Position numbers and translations under genes: made by a program. From Actinomycetota bacterium (lineage in GTDB: Bacteria; Actinomycetota; Thermoleophilia; Solirubrobacterales; 70-9), in assembly GCA_018268605.1 (NCBI GenBank), contig JAFDWG010000315.1, positions 2,127-66,126 on the forward strand: a stretch of DNA of 64,000 nucleotides, given 5' to 3'. Shown in pieces: positions 17,050 to 26,474 of the stretch (position 1 is the stretch's first letter; each line of letters starts with the position of its first letter). The notes under the pieces were generated by a model. The model saw nothing but the letters and a program-made list of their open reading frames with translations, was not told the origin of the DNA and made no database searches.

Positions 17050-18018
17050 GTGGACACGAAAGCCGCTGCGAAGAAGATGGAGATGCGGGGCAAGGGACTG
17101 GGTTCGTCGGTGACCGAGAACCCGGTCTTCCCGGGCCGAATCGAGCTGCCCTACACGCTGACTACCGGGCGCGCCGCCGCCACATTCCTGGCCGAGCTCG
17201 CCAACCACAAGATCGTCGGCTCCCGATGCCCCCGGTGCGATGGCATATTCGTCCCTGCCCAGGACTTCTGTGCCGCCTGCGGTACGTCGCTTGACGAGTT
17301 CGTCGAGGTCCCGGCAAGCGGCAAGCTGAGCGGCTACACCGAGACCGCCGACGGTCTGATCGGTCTGGTCCGACTCGACGGCGCCACCAACGATTTCCCC
17401 CACAAGCTGCTCGACACGCAGCTCGGCGAGCTCAAGCTGGGCGCCCGGGTCGAGGCCAGCTGGGCCGCCGAGGCCGAGGGCTCGATCCTCGACATCGAAG
17501 GCTTCGCCCTCGGTGGCGACGAGGGCGGCGAGGTGAAGCCGTTGGAGCCGGGGGCCGAACCAGTGCTGGAACAGAAATACGAGATGCGCCTCGACTACGC
17601 CCACTCCTACGGGCCCTACTACGGGATGCTCTTCGACGGCCTCGCGACCAGCCGCCGCATTCAGGGCACCCGCTGCCCGAGCTGCGAACGCGTCCTGGTG
17701 CCGCCGCGCGAGTACTGCGACGTCTGCTACGTCCGCAGCGGCGAGTGGGTCGACGTCGCCGACACCGGCACGATCAAAGCGTTCTCGATCATCCACCTCG
17801 AATTCGTCGGACAGACGCGCGAACCCCCGTACGTCTACGCCGAGATCGTGCTCGACGGCTCGGCCACGCGGCTGATCCACACGGTCGCCGGGATCGACGT
17901 CGAGGATGCCAAGGAGCGCCTGCAGATCGGGACCAAGGTCCGCGCCGTCTGGAAGGGCGGCGACCCGATCGGCTCACTCGAGGACATCGAGTATTTCGAG
18001 CCGGTCTTCGAGGACTGA
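17050..18018 (+). CDS. Tandem DUF35 (Zn-ribbon + OB-fold) protein
   Basis: Two rubredoxin-like ribbons, CPRCDGIFVPAQDFCAACG and CPSCERVLVPPREYCDVCY, each followed by an OB-like segment. The GTG start follows AGGAGGAAG. Confidence 0.85.
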   Translation: MDTKAAAKKMEMRGKGLGSSVTENPVFPGRIELPYTLTTGRAAATFLAELANHKIVGSRCPRCDGIFVPAQDFCAACGTSLDEFVEVPASGKLSGYTETADGLIGLVRLDGATNDFPHKLLDTQLGELKLGARVEASWAAEAEGSILDIEGFALGGDEGGEVKPLEPGAEPVLEQKYEMRLDYAHSYGPYYGMLFDGLATSRRIQGTRCPSCERVLVPPREYCDVCYVRSGEWVDVADTGTIKAFSIIHLEFVGQTREPPYVYAEIVLDGSATRLIHTVAGIDVEDAKERLQIGTKVRAVWKGGDPIGSLEDIEYFEPVFED

Positions 18019-18022
18019 ACTG

Positions 18023-18811
18023 GTGGCCGTGTCCGGGACCGTCGAAGTCGAGGTCGCAGCCGGCCTGGCGACGGTCGTCCTCCACCGACCGGAGGCGCTC
18101 AACGCGCTGAACATGCAGTTGAAGGAAGAGCTGGCGGAGGTCTGGCGCCGGCTCGCCGACGATTCTGAGGTCCGGGCGGTGCTCGTCACCGGCGCGGGCC
18201 GCGCCTTCTCGACCGGCGGCGACATCAAGCAGATGGATCCCGACCGCGGCACGGAGACGACCCGGCGGCGAATGACCAAACTCACCCGCGAGGTCGTGAT
18301 CCCGTTGGCGCGGCTGGACAAACCGGTGGTCGCCGCGGTCAACGGCCACGCGCACGGCCTCGGCCTCGGGATCGCGCTCGCCTGCGACGTCATCTACGCC
18401 GCCGAAAGCGCCGTGCTCTCGCTCGCCTTCACCCGGGTCGGCCTCGCCCCCGACGGCGCCACCTCGTACATGTTGACCCGCGCGGTGCCGCTGAACGTCG
18501 CCAAGGAGCTGATGTTCACCGGCCGTCGTCTTTCCGCCGCCGAAGCGAAGGGGCTTGGCATCGTCAACGAGGTCTTTCCCGACGACGAGCTCATCGGCGC
18601 CGCGCGCGACCTCGCCCTCGGCTTCGCTCGTGGCGCGACGATCGCGCTCTGCGCCGCCAAGCGGGTGTTGAATGAAGCGAGCATCCACTCGATCGAGGAG
18701 ATCGCCGAGCTGGAGGCGTTCGGCCAGGCGGTCGCGATGACCTCCGAGGACCACCGCGAGGGAATTGCGGCCTTCGCCGAGAAGCGGAAGCCGAGCTTCA
18801 CCGGCTCCTAG
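18023..18811 (+). CDS. Enoyl-CoA hydratase/isomerase (crotonase family)
   Basis: ORF 17906..18811 trimmed to the GTG at 18023, 8 nt after GAGGA. LHRPEALNALN...VLVTGAGRAFSTGGDIK...VAAVNGHAHGLGLGIALACD. Confidence 0.85.
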   Translation: MAVSGTVEVEVAAGLATVVLHRPEALNALNMQLKEELAEVWRRLADDSEVRAVLVTGAGRAFSTGGDIKQMDPDRGTETTRRRMTKLTREVVIPLARLDKPVVAAVNGHAHGLGLGIALACDVIYAAESAVLSLAFTRVGLAPDGATSYMLTRAVPLNVAKELMFTGRRLSAAEAKGLGIVNEVFPDDELIGAARDLALGFARGATIALCAAKRVLNEASIHSIEEIAELEAFGQAVAMTSEDHREGIAAFAEKRKPSFTGS

Positions 18812-18862
18812 TCGTTACCTCCGATCGGCCGGTGCAGCCGGCTGAACCCCCTTCCGACCGGT

Positions 18863-19690
18863 TCAGCCGGATGTCACGGCGAGCGGGCGCAGAGGCGAGC
18901 CGGTCGCCCCTTTGAGGCGCAGCGGCACGGCGAAGAAGGTCAGGTCGCGGACGCCGTCGGCCGCCGCCTGTTCGAGCTGTAACGACTCCATGATGTAGAT
19001 GCCGCGCTCGACGAGAAGATGGCGGTGGACATCGAGGCAGACGACCGCAGCCCTTTTTCGCTCCAGGTTCATGGTGTCGCTGCCGACGGCGAGGACGCCC
19101 CGCTCGCTTAGCCATTCGGCGCCCTCCAGGGTGAGGCCGGGCAGGCCGATCTGGATCCCGATGTATTTGTTCGCGTCGGCCCAGTACTTCATCCAGCCGG
19201 TCCTGATGAGGACGATCGATCCCGGCCCGGGCGCGGGATGCTCGTCGAACCAGGCGCTCAGCTCGGCGGCGCCGATGTCGTCCTCGATCGTCAGCTCGCG
19301 GCCGAAGAGCTCCTCCGCATCGACGAGATGGCCGGGGGCGATCAACGGTGGGATCTCCTCGGCCGAGCCCACCTCGAGGCCGCCGGCGAGCGAGTGGCGG
19401 CCGGCGATCTCGATACCGCCATGGATCTCGCCGCAGTAGGCGACATGTCCGAGCGCGTCGACGTGGGTGCCGACGTGGGCTCCCATCGTGAAGGCCTCCG
19501 AGACCGCCGTGATGCCGTTTCCGTAGGGGAAGTCGCCGTGTTCCTTCGTCAGCGTGAAGGCGTACGGCGGATGAGCGGGATGACGCGTCATCCCGACCTC
19601 CAGCCGCACCGCCAGGTCGTAGACTCTGCTCGCTCCCGACGGCGGAAAGCTGGTGGTCAGGTCGTGATGTCGGCCGGCCCAATCGTGCAT
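18863..19690 (-). CDS. Cyclase-family protein (kynurenine-formamidase-like metal hydrolase fold)
   Basis: ORF trimmed to the ATG at 19690, which follows GAGGAGAGGATCGAG. MGAHVGTHVDALGHV and VLIRTGW...GLTLEGAEWL..RGVLAVGSD are typical of the family. Confidence 0.8.
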   Translation of the reverse strand: MHDWAGRHHDLTTSFPPSGASRVYDLAVRLEVGMTRHPAHPPYAFTLTKEHGDFPYGNGITAVSEAFTMGAHVGTHVDALGHVAYCGEIHGGIEIAGRHSLAGGLEVGSAEEIPPLIAPGHLVDAEELFGRELTIEDDIGAAELSAWFDEHPAPGPGSIVLIRTGWMKYWADANKYIGIQIGLPGLTLEGAEWLSERGVLAVGSDTMNLERKRAAVVCLDVHRHLLVERGIYIMESLQLEQAAADGVRDLTFFAVPLRLKGATGSPLRPLAVTSG

Positions 19691-19723
19691 CTCGATCCTC
19701 TCCTCGCAACGGCTCCTCACTCA

Positions 19724-19741
19724 ACCAAACGCCCGGTAGAG
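19724..19741. promoter_or_regulatory. Operator-like box D
   Basis: ACCAAACGCCCGGTAGAG, in the divergent region between the cyclase (-) and BCCP (+) genes. TAGAGT/TATATT -10-like hexamers follow. Confidence 0.4.
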
Positions 19742-19790
19742 TATATTGCCGCTGACGTCACCGGGGAAGCAAGAGGGGAGTGAGCGCATT

Positions 19791-20258
19791 ATGCCGTTGA
19801 GCAGCCAGGAGATAAAGGAGATCCTCGCGATCCTCGAGGAATCAGGCTGGGACGAAGCGCGGCTCACGATCGACGACGTTGTGCTTGCCGTCTCCAGGAA
19901 TGGCGGGCTCGGACTTGAGCCGAGCGCCTCTCCGCCTGCACCGCCCGCGCCTCTGTCCCAGGCGCCGTCCCCGGTCACCGCCGGACCGCCGCCACCTGCC
20001 GCTCCCACGGACGCTGCCGGCCATCAGGTCAGTGCGCCAAGCGTCGGCGTCTTCTGGCGGGCTCCGGAACCGGGCGCCGCCCCGTTCGTCGACGTCGGTG
20101 ACACCGTGGAGGCGGGACAGACCCTCTGCATCGTCGAGGTGATGAAGCTGATGCAGCACGTCGCCGCCGATGTCGCCGGGAGAATCACGGCGATCCACGT
20201 CCAGAACGCCGAGCACGTCGAGTTCGGGACGCCGCTGTTCAGTATCGAACCGGTCTGA
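19791..20258 (+). CDS. Biotin carboxyl carrier protein (BCCP)
   Basis: ORF 19746..20258 trimmed to the ATG at 19791. Pro/Ala linker. Biotinyl-lysine motif CIVEVMKLMQHV. Confidence 0.85.
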   Translation: MPLSSQEIKEILAILEESGWDEARLTIDDVVLAVSRNGGLGLEPSASPPAPPAPLSQAPSPVTAGPPPPAAPTDAAGHQVSAPSVGVFWRAPEPGAAPFVDVGDTVEAGQTLCIVEVMKLMQHVAADVAGRITAIHVQNAEHVEFGTPLFSIEPV

Positions 20259-20262
20259 GCTG

Positions 20263-21630
20263 GTGCGGCGCATCCTGATCGCCAACCGTGGGGAGATCGC
20301 CGTCCGCGTCGCGCGCGCCTGCTTCGACGCCGGGCTGGAGAGCGTCGTCTCGGTATCGGCCGCCGATCGCGACGGCCTCGCGGCGCTGGTAGCCGACCGT
20401 GCGGTGACGATCGGACCGCCACCGGCGATCGAGAGCTACCTCTCGATCGACCGCGTCCTCGCCGCAGCCAAGGCAGCCGACTGCGACGCGCTCCACCCCG
20501 GTTACGGATTTCTCTCCGAGCGTCCCGAGCTGGCGGAAGCATGCGAGGAGGAGGGCATCGTCTTCGTCGGCCCTCCGGCGGCGGTGATGCGGCGCGCCGG
20601 CGACAAGATGTCGGCCCGCGCGGTGGCCGCCGAGAACGGCATTCCCACCGGGGCCGGATCGGACGGCCTCGAGTCGCTGGAGCAGGCCGTCGAGGCCGCC
20701 GAGCGGACCGGCTACCCGCTGATGCTGAAGGCTTCCGCGGGCGGCGGCGGCCGCGGGATGGCGATCGTCAACGAGGCGAGCGACCTGGAGCAGCGGTTCC
20801 ATTCCGCTCGCTCGGAGGCGCAGCAGGCCTTCGGCGACGGCCGCGTCTACCTGGAGCGCTACGTCGGTCGTGCACGCCACGTCGAGGTGCAGGTCCTGGC
20901 CGATACCCACGGCAACGTGATCCACCTGGGCGAGCGGGACTGCTCCTGCCAGCGCCGCTACCAGAAGCTGGTCGAGGAGGCGCCGGCTGCCGGGCTCGAC
21001 GCGGCCCTGGCGGAGGGGATCAGGAACGCTGCCGTGGAGCTTGCGAGGGCGCTTTCCTACGTCGGTGCGGGCACGGTCGAGTTCCTCGTGGATACCGAGC
21101 GGGGCGATTTCACCTTTCTCGAGGTGAACGCCCGGGTCCAGGTCGAGCACCCGGTCTCGGAGGCGGTCACCGGGGTCGACATCGTCGGTGAGCAGCTGCG
21201 GATCGCCGCCGGGGAACGGCTCTCGATCGAGCAGGACGAAGTGAGGATCGAGGGCCATGCGGTCGAGTGCCGGATCAACGCCGAGGACCCGCGCAACGGC
21301 TTCCTTCCTTCCCCCGGCACGGTGACCCGGTGGGCGCCTCCGAACGCTTCCCGGATCCGGGTCGACAGCCATGTCCAGCCCGGCTACGAGGTGAGCCCCT
21401 ACTACGACTCCCTGTTGGCCAAGGTGATCGCCTGGGGGCCGGACCGTGCCGCGGCTCTGCAGCTGATGCGCCGTGGCCTGGATCGCTTCAAGGTCGAGGG
21501 GGTGCGGACTACGGTCCCCCTGCTTGCCGACATCGTCGCCGCACCGGCTTTTGCCGCCGCGCCGGTGACGACGCGCTGGCTGGAGACAGAGTTCCTGGAG
21601 GAGTGGAACGCTCGGCCGACCGAGGGCTGA
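20263..21630 (+). CDS. Biotin carboxylase (ATP-grasp) subunit
   Basis: ORF 20170..21630 trimmed to the GTG at 20263. RRILIANRGEIAVRV...GYPLMLKASAGGGGRGM...EVNARVQVEHPVSE. Confidence 0.9.
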   Translation: MRRILIANRGEIAVRVARACFDAGLESVVSVSAADRDGLAALVADRAVTIGPPPAIESYLSIDRVLAAAKAADCDALHPGYGFLSERPELAEACEEEGIVFVGPPAAVMRRAGDKMSARAVAAENGIPTGAGSDGLESLEQAVEAAERTGYPLMLKASAGGGGRGMAIVNEASDLEQRFHSARSEAQQAFGDGRVYLERYVGRARHVEVQVLADTHGNVIHLGERDCSCQRRYQKLVEEAPAAGLDAALAEGIRNAAVELARALSYVGAGTVEFLVDTERGDFTFLEVNARVQVEHPVSEAVTGVDIVGEQLRIAAGERLSIEQDEVRIEGHAVECRINAEDPRNGFLPSPGTVTRWAPPNASRIRVDSHVQPGYEVSPYYDSLLAKVIAWGPDRAAALQLMRRGLDRFKVEGVRTTVPLLADIVAAPAFAAAPVTTRWLETEFLEEWNARPTEG

Positions 21631-21677
21631 GGCGCCGGTCGAGGCGTTGACACGGGTCGGTCGCGGCCATAATGTTT

Positions 21678-21702
21678 CTACCGACCGTATGGTTGGTGCT
21701 AG
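21678..21702. promoter_or_regulatory. Operator-like box E
   Basis: CTACCGACCGTATGGTTGGTGCTAG, a palindrome ACCGACCG-TA-TGGTTGGT. Confidence 0.45.
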
Positions 21703-21713
21703 AAGACCTCTAA

Positions 21714-21731
21714 ACCAACCGTTTGTTTGAT
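21714..21731. promoter_or_regulatory. Operator-like box F
   Basis: ACCAACCGTTTGTTTGAT, followed by TAAGCT and, 10 nt further on, the GGAGGAG RBS of the ligase gene. Confidence 0.45.
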
Positions 21732-21761
21732 AAGCTCTCGCGCGGAGGAGAACGTCCGACG

Positions 21762-23333
21762 ATGAAGCCATACAGCGACTTCGCAACCGTCCCGGCTCTG
21801 GTGCAGGTGCGCGCCGGCGACAGCCCCGACGCGCTCGCGGTCAGCTTCGAGGGCACTTCGCTCACCTATGCGGAGTTGGAGGACGGCGCGGCCAGGGTCC
21901 ATGGATGGCTGCAGGCTGCCGGGGTCGCTCCCGGCGACCGCGTTGCACTGCTGCTGCGCAACAGCCTGGAGTTCTTCCACGCCTGGCTGGGTGTGGCCCG
22001 GGGCGGCATGATCGCGGTCCCGATCAACACGGCCATGGTCGGCGACGCGCTCGCCTACACGCTCGCCCACTCCGAAGCGGTGGCGGTGATCGCCGACGGG
22101 GACCTGCTCGCCACCGTCGACGCGGCGGGCGAGTTTCCCGATCTGCGCCTGCGCCTCGCGGTCGGCGCCACCGAGCCGGCCGGGTCGGAGGCCTTTGCCG
22201 CTATCCAGAGCGCCGACCCGGTGCCGGCACTCGCTCCCGGGGCGATCACCGGTGGGACGCCGATGTCGATCGTCTACACCTCGGGCACGACCGGGATGCC
22301 GAAGGGGGTTGTGCTTCCCCACCAGAGCTTCACCAACACCGGCGCCTACTTTGCGCGCCACCTGGGGCTCGACGCCCACGACAGGATCCACACCTGCCTG
22401 CCGCTCTTCCACTGCAACGCCCAGCAGTGCGGCTTCATGGCCGCGGCGCACCTCGGCGTTCCCTTCTTCGTCAACGCGAAGTTTTCGGTCAGCCGGTTCT
22501 GGACCTGGATCGAGGAGACCGGGGCGACCGTCTCGAACCTGATGGGAGCGATGCTGACGCTCCTCTACAAGGTCGACCCGAAGCCCAGCGACGACGAAAA
22601 CACGCTGCGGATGATCCCCGCCGCCCCGATCCCGGAGGACCTCTACGAAGCCTTCCAGCAGCGCTTCGGCGTCCAGCTGGTCGAGGGCTACGGGCTGACC
22701 GAGACGGCGACGATGGCGATCATCAATCCGGTCGACGACATGCGGCCGGGAACGATCGGCCTGCCGCTCGAGCACAACCGGGTGAAGGTCGTCGACGAGC
22801 ACGACGAAGAGGTGCCGGCGGAGACTCCCGGCGAGATCGTCGTCCGCGGCGAGATCCCCGACTCGCAGATGCTCGGCTACTTCAAGGAGCCGGAGAAGAC
22901 CGCCGAGGCGATGCGGGGGGGCTGGTTCCACACCGGCGACATGGGCAAGCGCCGCGAGGACGGCTACTTCGTCTTCCTCGACCGGATGAAGGACACGATC
23001 CGGCGGCGCGGCGAGAACATCTCCTCCTTCCTGATCGAGAAGTCGGTGCTCGAGCACCCGAAGTTGCTTGAGTGTGCGGTCTTCGGCGTCCCCTCGGAGC
23101 TGAGCGAGGAGGACGTCAAGCTGGTCGCCGTGGTGCGTCCGGGGGCGGAGCTCGACCCGCAGGAGCTGGTCGACTGGTGCGCGGCACGGATGGCCGACTT
23201 CATGGTCCCGCGCTACGTCGAATTCGTCGCCGACGTGCCGCTGACCGAGACCGGTCGGGTGCATAAGTTCAAGCTGCGCGAAGCGGGGATCGGCGACGCC
23301 TGGGACCGCGAGCGCGCCGGAGCACGGCACTGA
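21762..23333 (+). CDS. AMP-dependent acyl-CoA ligase (CaiC/crotonobetaine-CoA-ligase-like)
   Basis: ORF 21723..23333 trimmed to the ATG at 21762, which follows GGAGGAG. YTSGTTGMPKGVVLPH; GWFHTGDMG...DRMKDTIRRRGENISS. Confidence 0.9.
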   Translation: MKPYSDFATVPALVQVRAGDSPDALAVSFEGTSLTYAELEDGAARVHGWLQAAGVAPGDRVALLLRNSLEFFHAWLGVARGGMIAVPINTAMVGDALAYTLAHSEAVAVIADGDLLATVDAAGEFPDLRLRLAVGATEPAGSEAFAAIQSADPVPALAPGAITGGTPMSIVYTSGTTGMPKGVVLPHQSFTNTGAYFARHLGLDAHDRIHTCLPLFHCNAQQCGFMAAAHLGVPFFVNAKFSVSRFWTWIEETGATVSNLMGAMLTLLYKVDPKPSDDENTLRMIPAAPIPEDLYEAFQQRFGVQLVEGYGLTETATMAIINPVDDMRPGTIGLPLEHNRVKVVDEHDEEVPAETPGEIVVRGEIPDSQMLGYFKEPEKTAEAMRGGWFHTGDMGKRREDGYFVFLDRMKDTIRRRGENISSFLIEKSVLEHPKLLECAVFGVPSELSEEDVKLVAVVRPGAELDPQELVDWCAARMADFMVPRYVEFVADVPLTETGRVHKFKLREAGIGDAWDRERAGARH

Positions 23334-24268
23334 TGTCCACCGGCGGGCCCCGATACGAGGAACTGCCGCGGATCGAGAAGCTTGACATGCCGCACGCCTG
23401 GGACGTCCTTGACCGCGATCTCGGGACCCTCGACCGCTCCGGGCCGGAGCAGGTCCGGGCCGCCGCCGAGCTGGTCCGCGACGGATCAGTGGTCCCGCTC
23501 AACCTGCCGCTGAACGAACCCGACCCGCCGCTGTTCGGACGCGACCCGATCCGCCAGGAGATTTTCGCGACCGACCGCAACACCCTCGATGACCGCTTTG
23601 ATGCCTTCTACCCACAGGGATCCACCCAGTGGGACGGGCTGCGCCACGTTCGCGCCCGCGAGTTCGGCTTCTTCGGTGGCATCACCGACGACTTCAGGGC
23701 CGGTGACGAACGACTGAGCATCGAGCACTGGGCGCGGCGCGGCATCGTCGGCCGCGGCGTAATGCTCGACGTGGTCGCCCATCGCCGCCGCCACGGCATC
23801 GACTACGACCCGTTCGGCGCGGTCCCGATCGAGGCCGACGAGCTCGAGGCGATCGCCGCCGACCAAGACGTGGAGCTGCGCCATGGTGATGTCCTCTGCC
23901 TGCGCACCGGCTGGATCGACGCCTACCGCGAGCTCGGCCCGGCCGCTCGCGAGCGGCTCGCCGTCGAGGCGCGGGTGAGCGGCCTCGCCGGCTCCGATGC
24001 GGTCGCCCGCTTCCTCTGGGACAGCGGCGCGATCGCGATCGCCGCCGACAACCCGACGCTCGAGGTCGCGCCCGGCGACCCGGCGGTCGGCTCGCTGCAT
24101 CGCCGGCTGATCCCGTTGCTCGGCTTCGTCGTCGGCGAGCTGCTCGACCTCGGCACCCTGGCCGGCCTCTGCGGAAGCGATTCCCGCTGGGACTTCATGT
24201 TCGTTTCGATCCCCCTCTACCTGCCCGGCGGTGTCGGCTCGCCGGCGAATGCGATGGCAATCAGATGA
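23333..24268 (+). CDS. Cyclase-family protein (second copy)
   Basis: QGSTQWDGLRHV...GDVLCLRTGW...AIAIAADNP are family-typical. The ATG overlaps the upstream TGA. Confidence 0.8.
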   Translation: MSTGGPRYEELPRIEKLDMPHAWDVLDRDLGTLDRSGPEQVRAAAELVRDGSVVPLNLPLNEPDPPLFGRDPIRQEIFATDRNTLDDRFDAFYPQGSTQWDGLRHVRAREFGFFGGITDDFRAGDERLSIEHWARRGIVGRGVMLDVVAHRRRHGIDYDPFGAVPIEADELEAIAADQDVELRHGDVLCLRTGWIDAYRELGPAARERLAVEARVSGLAGSDAVARFLWDSGAIAIAADNPTLEVAPGDPAVGSLHRRLIPLLGFVVGELLDLGTLAGLCGSDSRWDFMFVSIPLYLPGGVGSPANAMAIR

Positions 24269-25464
24269 CGATTTCGGTCAAGTCCAAGACGCTCCCCAGC
24301 AGCATCCTCGGCCCCGAGATCTCGGTGGTCCCCGACGATCATCCGTTCCGGCAGGAGTTCCGCGGCTGGCTCGCCGAGAACTCGCCCGGGATCCCTGAGC
24401 CACTCGACCAGGATGAGAAGTTCGCCCTGCGTCGCGCCTGGCAGCGCACCCTGTTCGAGGGCGGTTGGGCCGGCCCGGCCTGGGCGGAGGAGTACGGCGG
24501 TCGCGGCGCGGGCCCCTTCCACCAGTTCATGTATTACGAGGAGCTGGCGCTGGCCCGGGCGCCGTTCATCGCCAACACGCCCGGAATCTCGCTGCTCGGC
24601 CCGACGCTGATCGAGGTCGGCTCGGAGGAGCTCAAATCCCGTTTCCTGCCGGTCATGCTCTCGGCCGAGGAGATCTTCTGCCAAGGCTTCTCGGAGCCCG
24701 ACGCGGGCTCCGACCTGGCGGCGATCCGCGCCAAGGCGCGACTCGACGGCGACGAGTGGGTGATCGACGGCCAGAAGATCTGGACCACCTGGGCCCAGTA
24801 CTCGGACTTCTGCTTCGTCCTCTGCCGCACCGACCCCGCCTCCGAACGGCACCGCGGCCTCACCCTGCTGATCTGCCCCATGGACCAGGAGGGCGTCACC
24901 GTGCGGCCGATCGAACAGATCAGCGGCGACCCCGAGTTCTGTGAGGTCTTCTTCGACGGCGCCCGGGCACCGGCGGCCTACGCGGTGGGCGGGGTCGACG
25001 ACGGCTGGACGACGGCGATGATCCTCTTCCAGTTCGAGCGTGGCGATCAAGGCTTCACCGATCACTCGCGGATGCTGGTGCACCTCCATGAGATCGCCGC
25101 CGAACTGCGTGAGCCGCGTGCGGCGGGCCGCATCTCCGCCGCGGCGGCGGCTCAGGCGCGGCGCCGGCTCGCCGCGCTCTGGACCCGTTGCCAGGAGCTG
25201 CGCCGCTTCAACCTGCGGGTCGCGGCCCGCCTCGAGGAGGGCGAGTCGATCGGGATGAACGGGTCGGTCGTGAACCTCTTCTGGGGCGAGCTCGAGCGCG
25301 AGATCGGCGAACTGACGGCCGAACTGCACGGCGCGCGTGGGCTCCTGCTGGGGACCGAGCCTGGACACGAGGTGCTGGCGACGCGGGCCGGGACGATCCA
25401 CTCGGGCACCAGCGAGATCCAGCTCAACATCATCGCCGAGCGGTTGTTGGGCCTGCCCCGCTGA
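24265..25464 (+). CDS. Acyl-CoA dehydrogenase
   Basis: FCQGFSEPDAGSDLAAI...WVIDGQKIWTT...GTSEIQLNIIAERLLGLP is the ACAD signature. ATGA overlap with the upstream gene. Confidence 0.9.
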   Translation: MTISVKSKTLPSSILGPEISVVPDDHPFRQEFRGWLAENSPGIPEPLDQDEKFALRRAWQRTLFEGGWAGPAWAEEYGGRGAGPFHQFMYYEELALARAPFIANTPGISLLGPTLIEVGSEELKSRFLPVMLSAEEIFCQGFSEPDAGSDLAAIRAKARLDGDEWVIDGQKIWTTWAQYSDFCFVLCRTDPASERHRGLTLLICPMDQEGVTVRPIEQISGDPEFCEVFFDGARAPAAYAVGGVDDGWTTAMILFQFERGDQGFTDHSRMLVHLHEIAAELREPRAAGRISAAAAAQARRRLAALWTRCQELRRFNLRVAARLEEGESIGMNGSVVNLFWGELEREIGELTAELHGARGLLLGTEPGHEVLATRAGTIHSGTSEIQLNIIAERLLGLPR

Positions 25465-26474
25465 TGCCGTTGTCGCCGGTCACCGGGGCGCTGCGGCGCA
25501 GCCTCGTCTTCGCGACCGACGAGCTCAGGCCGCTGCCGGCGCTGGCGCGCCACGCCGAGGCGGCGGGACTCGACCGCGTCTGGACGACCGAGTACGTCGG
25601 CCGTGACGCGGTCGCGCGGGCGATCGCCGTCGCCCTGGCGACGGAGCGGATCAAGGTCGCGACGGGGATCGCCTACGGCTTCACCCGCCTGCCGCTGGCG
25701 ATGGCCTCGCTCGCGGCCGACGTCCAGCGACTCTCCGGAGGCCGATTCGGGCTCGGGATCAGCACCGGCACCAGAGGCGTCCGGCGTTGGTACGGCGCCG
25801 AGTTCGAACCGCCGGCGCCGGCGCTCGCCGCCTACGCCGACGCCCTCCGCGAGGTCTGGGAGAAGATGCCCGACCTGGATCCGCGGCCGCCGATCTACGG
25901 CGCCGTCCTCAATCCCGTGATGACCCGCCACGTCGCCCGCAGTTGCGACGGGGCGCTGCTGCACGCACTGGCGCTGGGGCGAACCCACCTGCGCGAGCGG
26001 ATGGTGCCGGCGCTGGAAGCCGGCCTCGCCCGCCGCGAGGTGGTCGGCGGCTTCGAGCTCGCCGCCTGGTGCATCACCTCGATCGACGCCGACGAGGAGC
26101 TCGCCCGTGAGAATGCCCGGCGGCAACTGGCCTTCTACCTATCGACGCCGAGCTACGGCACGGTCGCCGCCGGGACCCCCTGGGAAAGCGTGGCCGCGGC
26201 GATTCGGGATGCCTTCATCGCCTCCGACCGCAAGGCGTCCTGGGGCGAGCTCTCGCATCTGGTTCCCGATTCCGTCGTGGACGAGCTGACGATCAGCGGC
26301 TCGCCGGCGTCGGCGCGGATCAAGGCCGAGAGGCTCGAATCCGAGCTGGCCGAGCTCGGGGTAACCGAGCTGGTCTTCCAGACCGCCGGGGCCGACGTCA
26401 GTGCCACCGCGCTGATCTCCAACTGTGAACAGATCGCCGAGGTGCTCGGCGCCGACTCGAAGGTGAGCCAATGA
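25464..26474 (+). CDS. Luciferase-like (LLM-class) flavin/F420-dependent oxidoreductase
   Basis: ORF 25188..26474 trimmed to the ATG at 25464, which overlaps the ACAD stop. AEAAGLDRVWTTEY...GGRFGLGISTG... The C-terminal helical region is typical of LLM. Confidence 0.8.
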   Translation: MPLSPVTGALRRSLVFATDELRPLPALARHAEAAGLDRVWTTEYVGRDAVARAIAVALATERIKVATGIAYGFTRLPLAMASLAADVQRLSGGRFGLGISTGTRGVRRWYGAEFEPPAPALAAYADALREVWEKMPDLDPRPPIYGAVLNPVMTRHVARSCDGALLHALALGRTHLRERMVPALEAGLARREVVGGFELAAWCITSIDADEELARENARRQLAFYLSTPSYGTVAAGTPWESVAAAIRDAFIASDRKASWGELSHLVPDSVVDELTISGSPASARIKAERLESELAELGVTELVFQTAGADVSATALISNCEQIAEVLGADSKVSQ

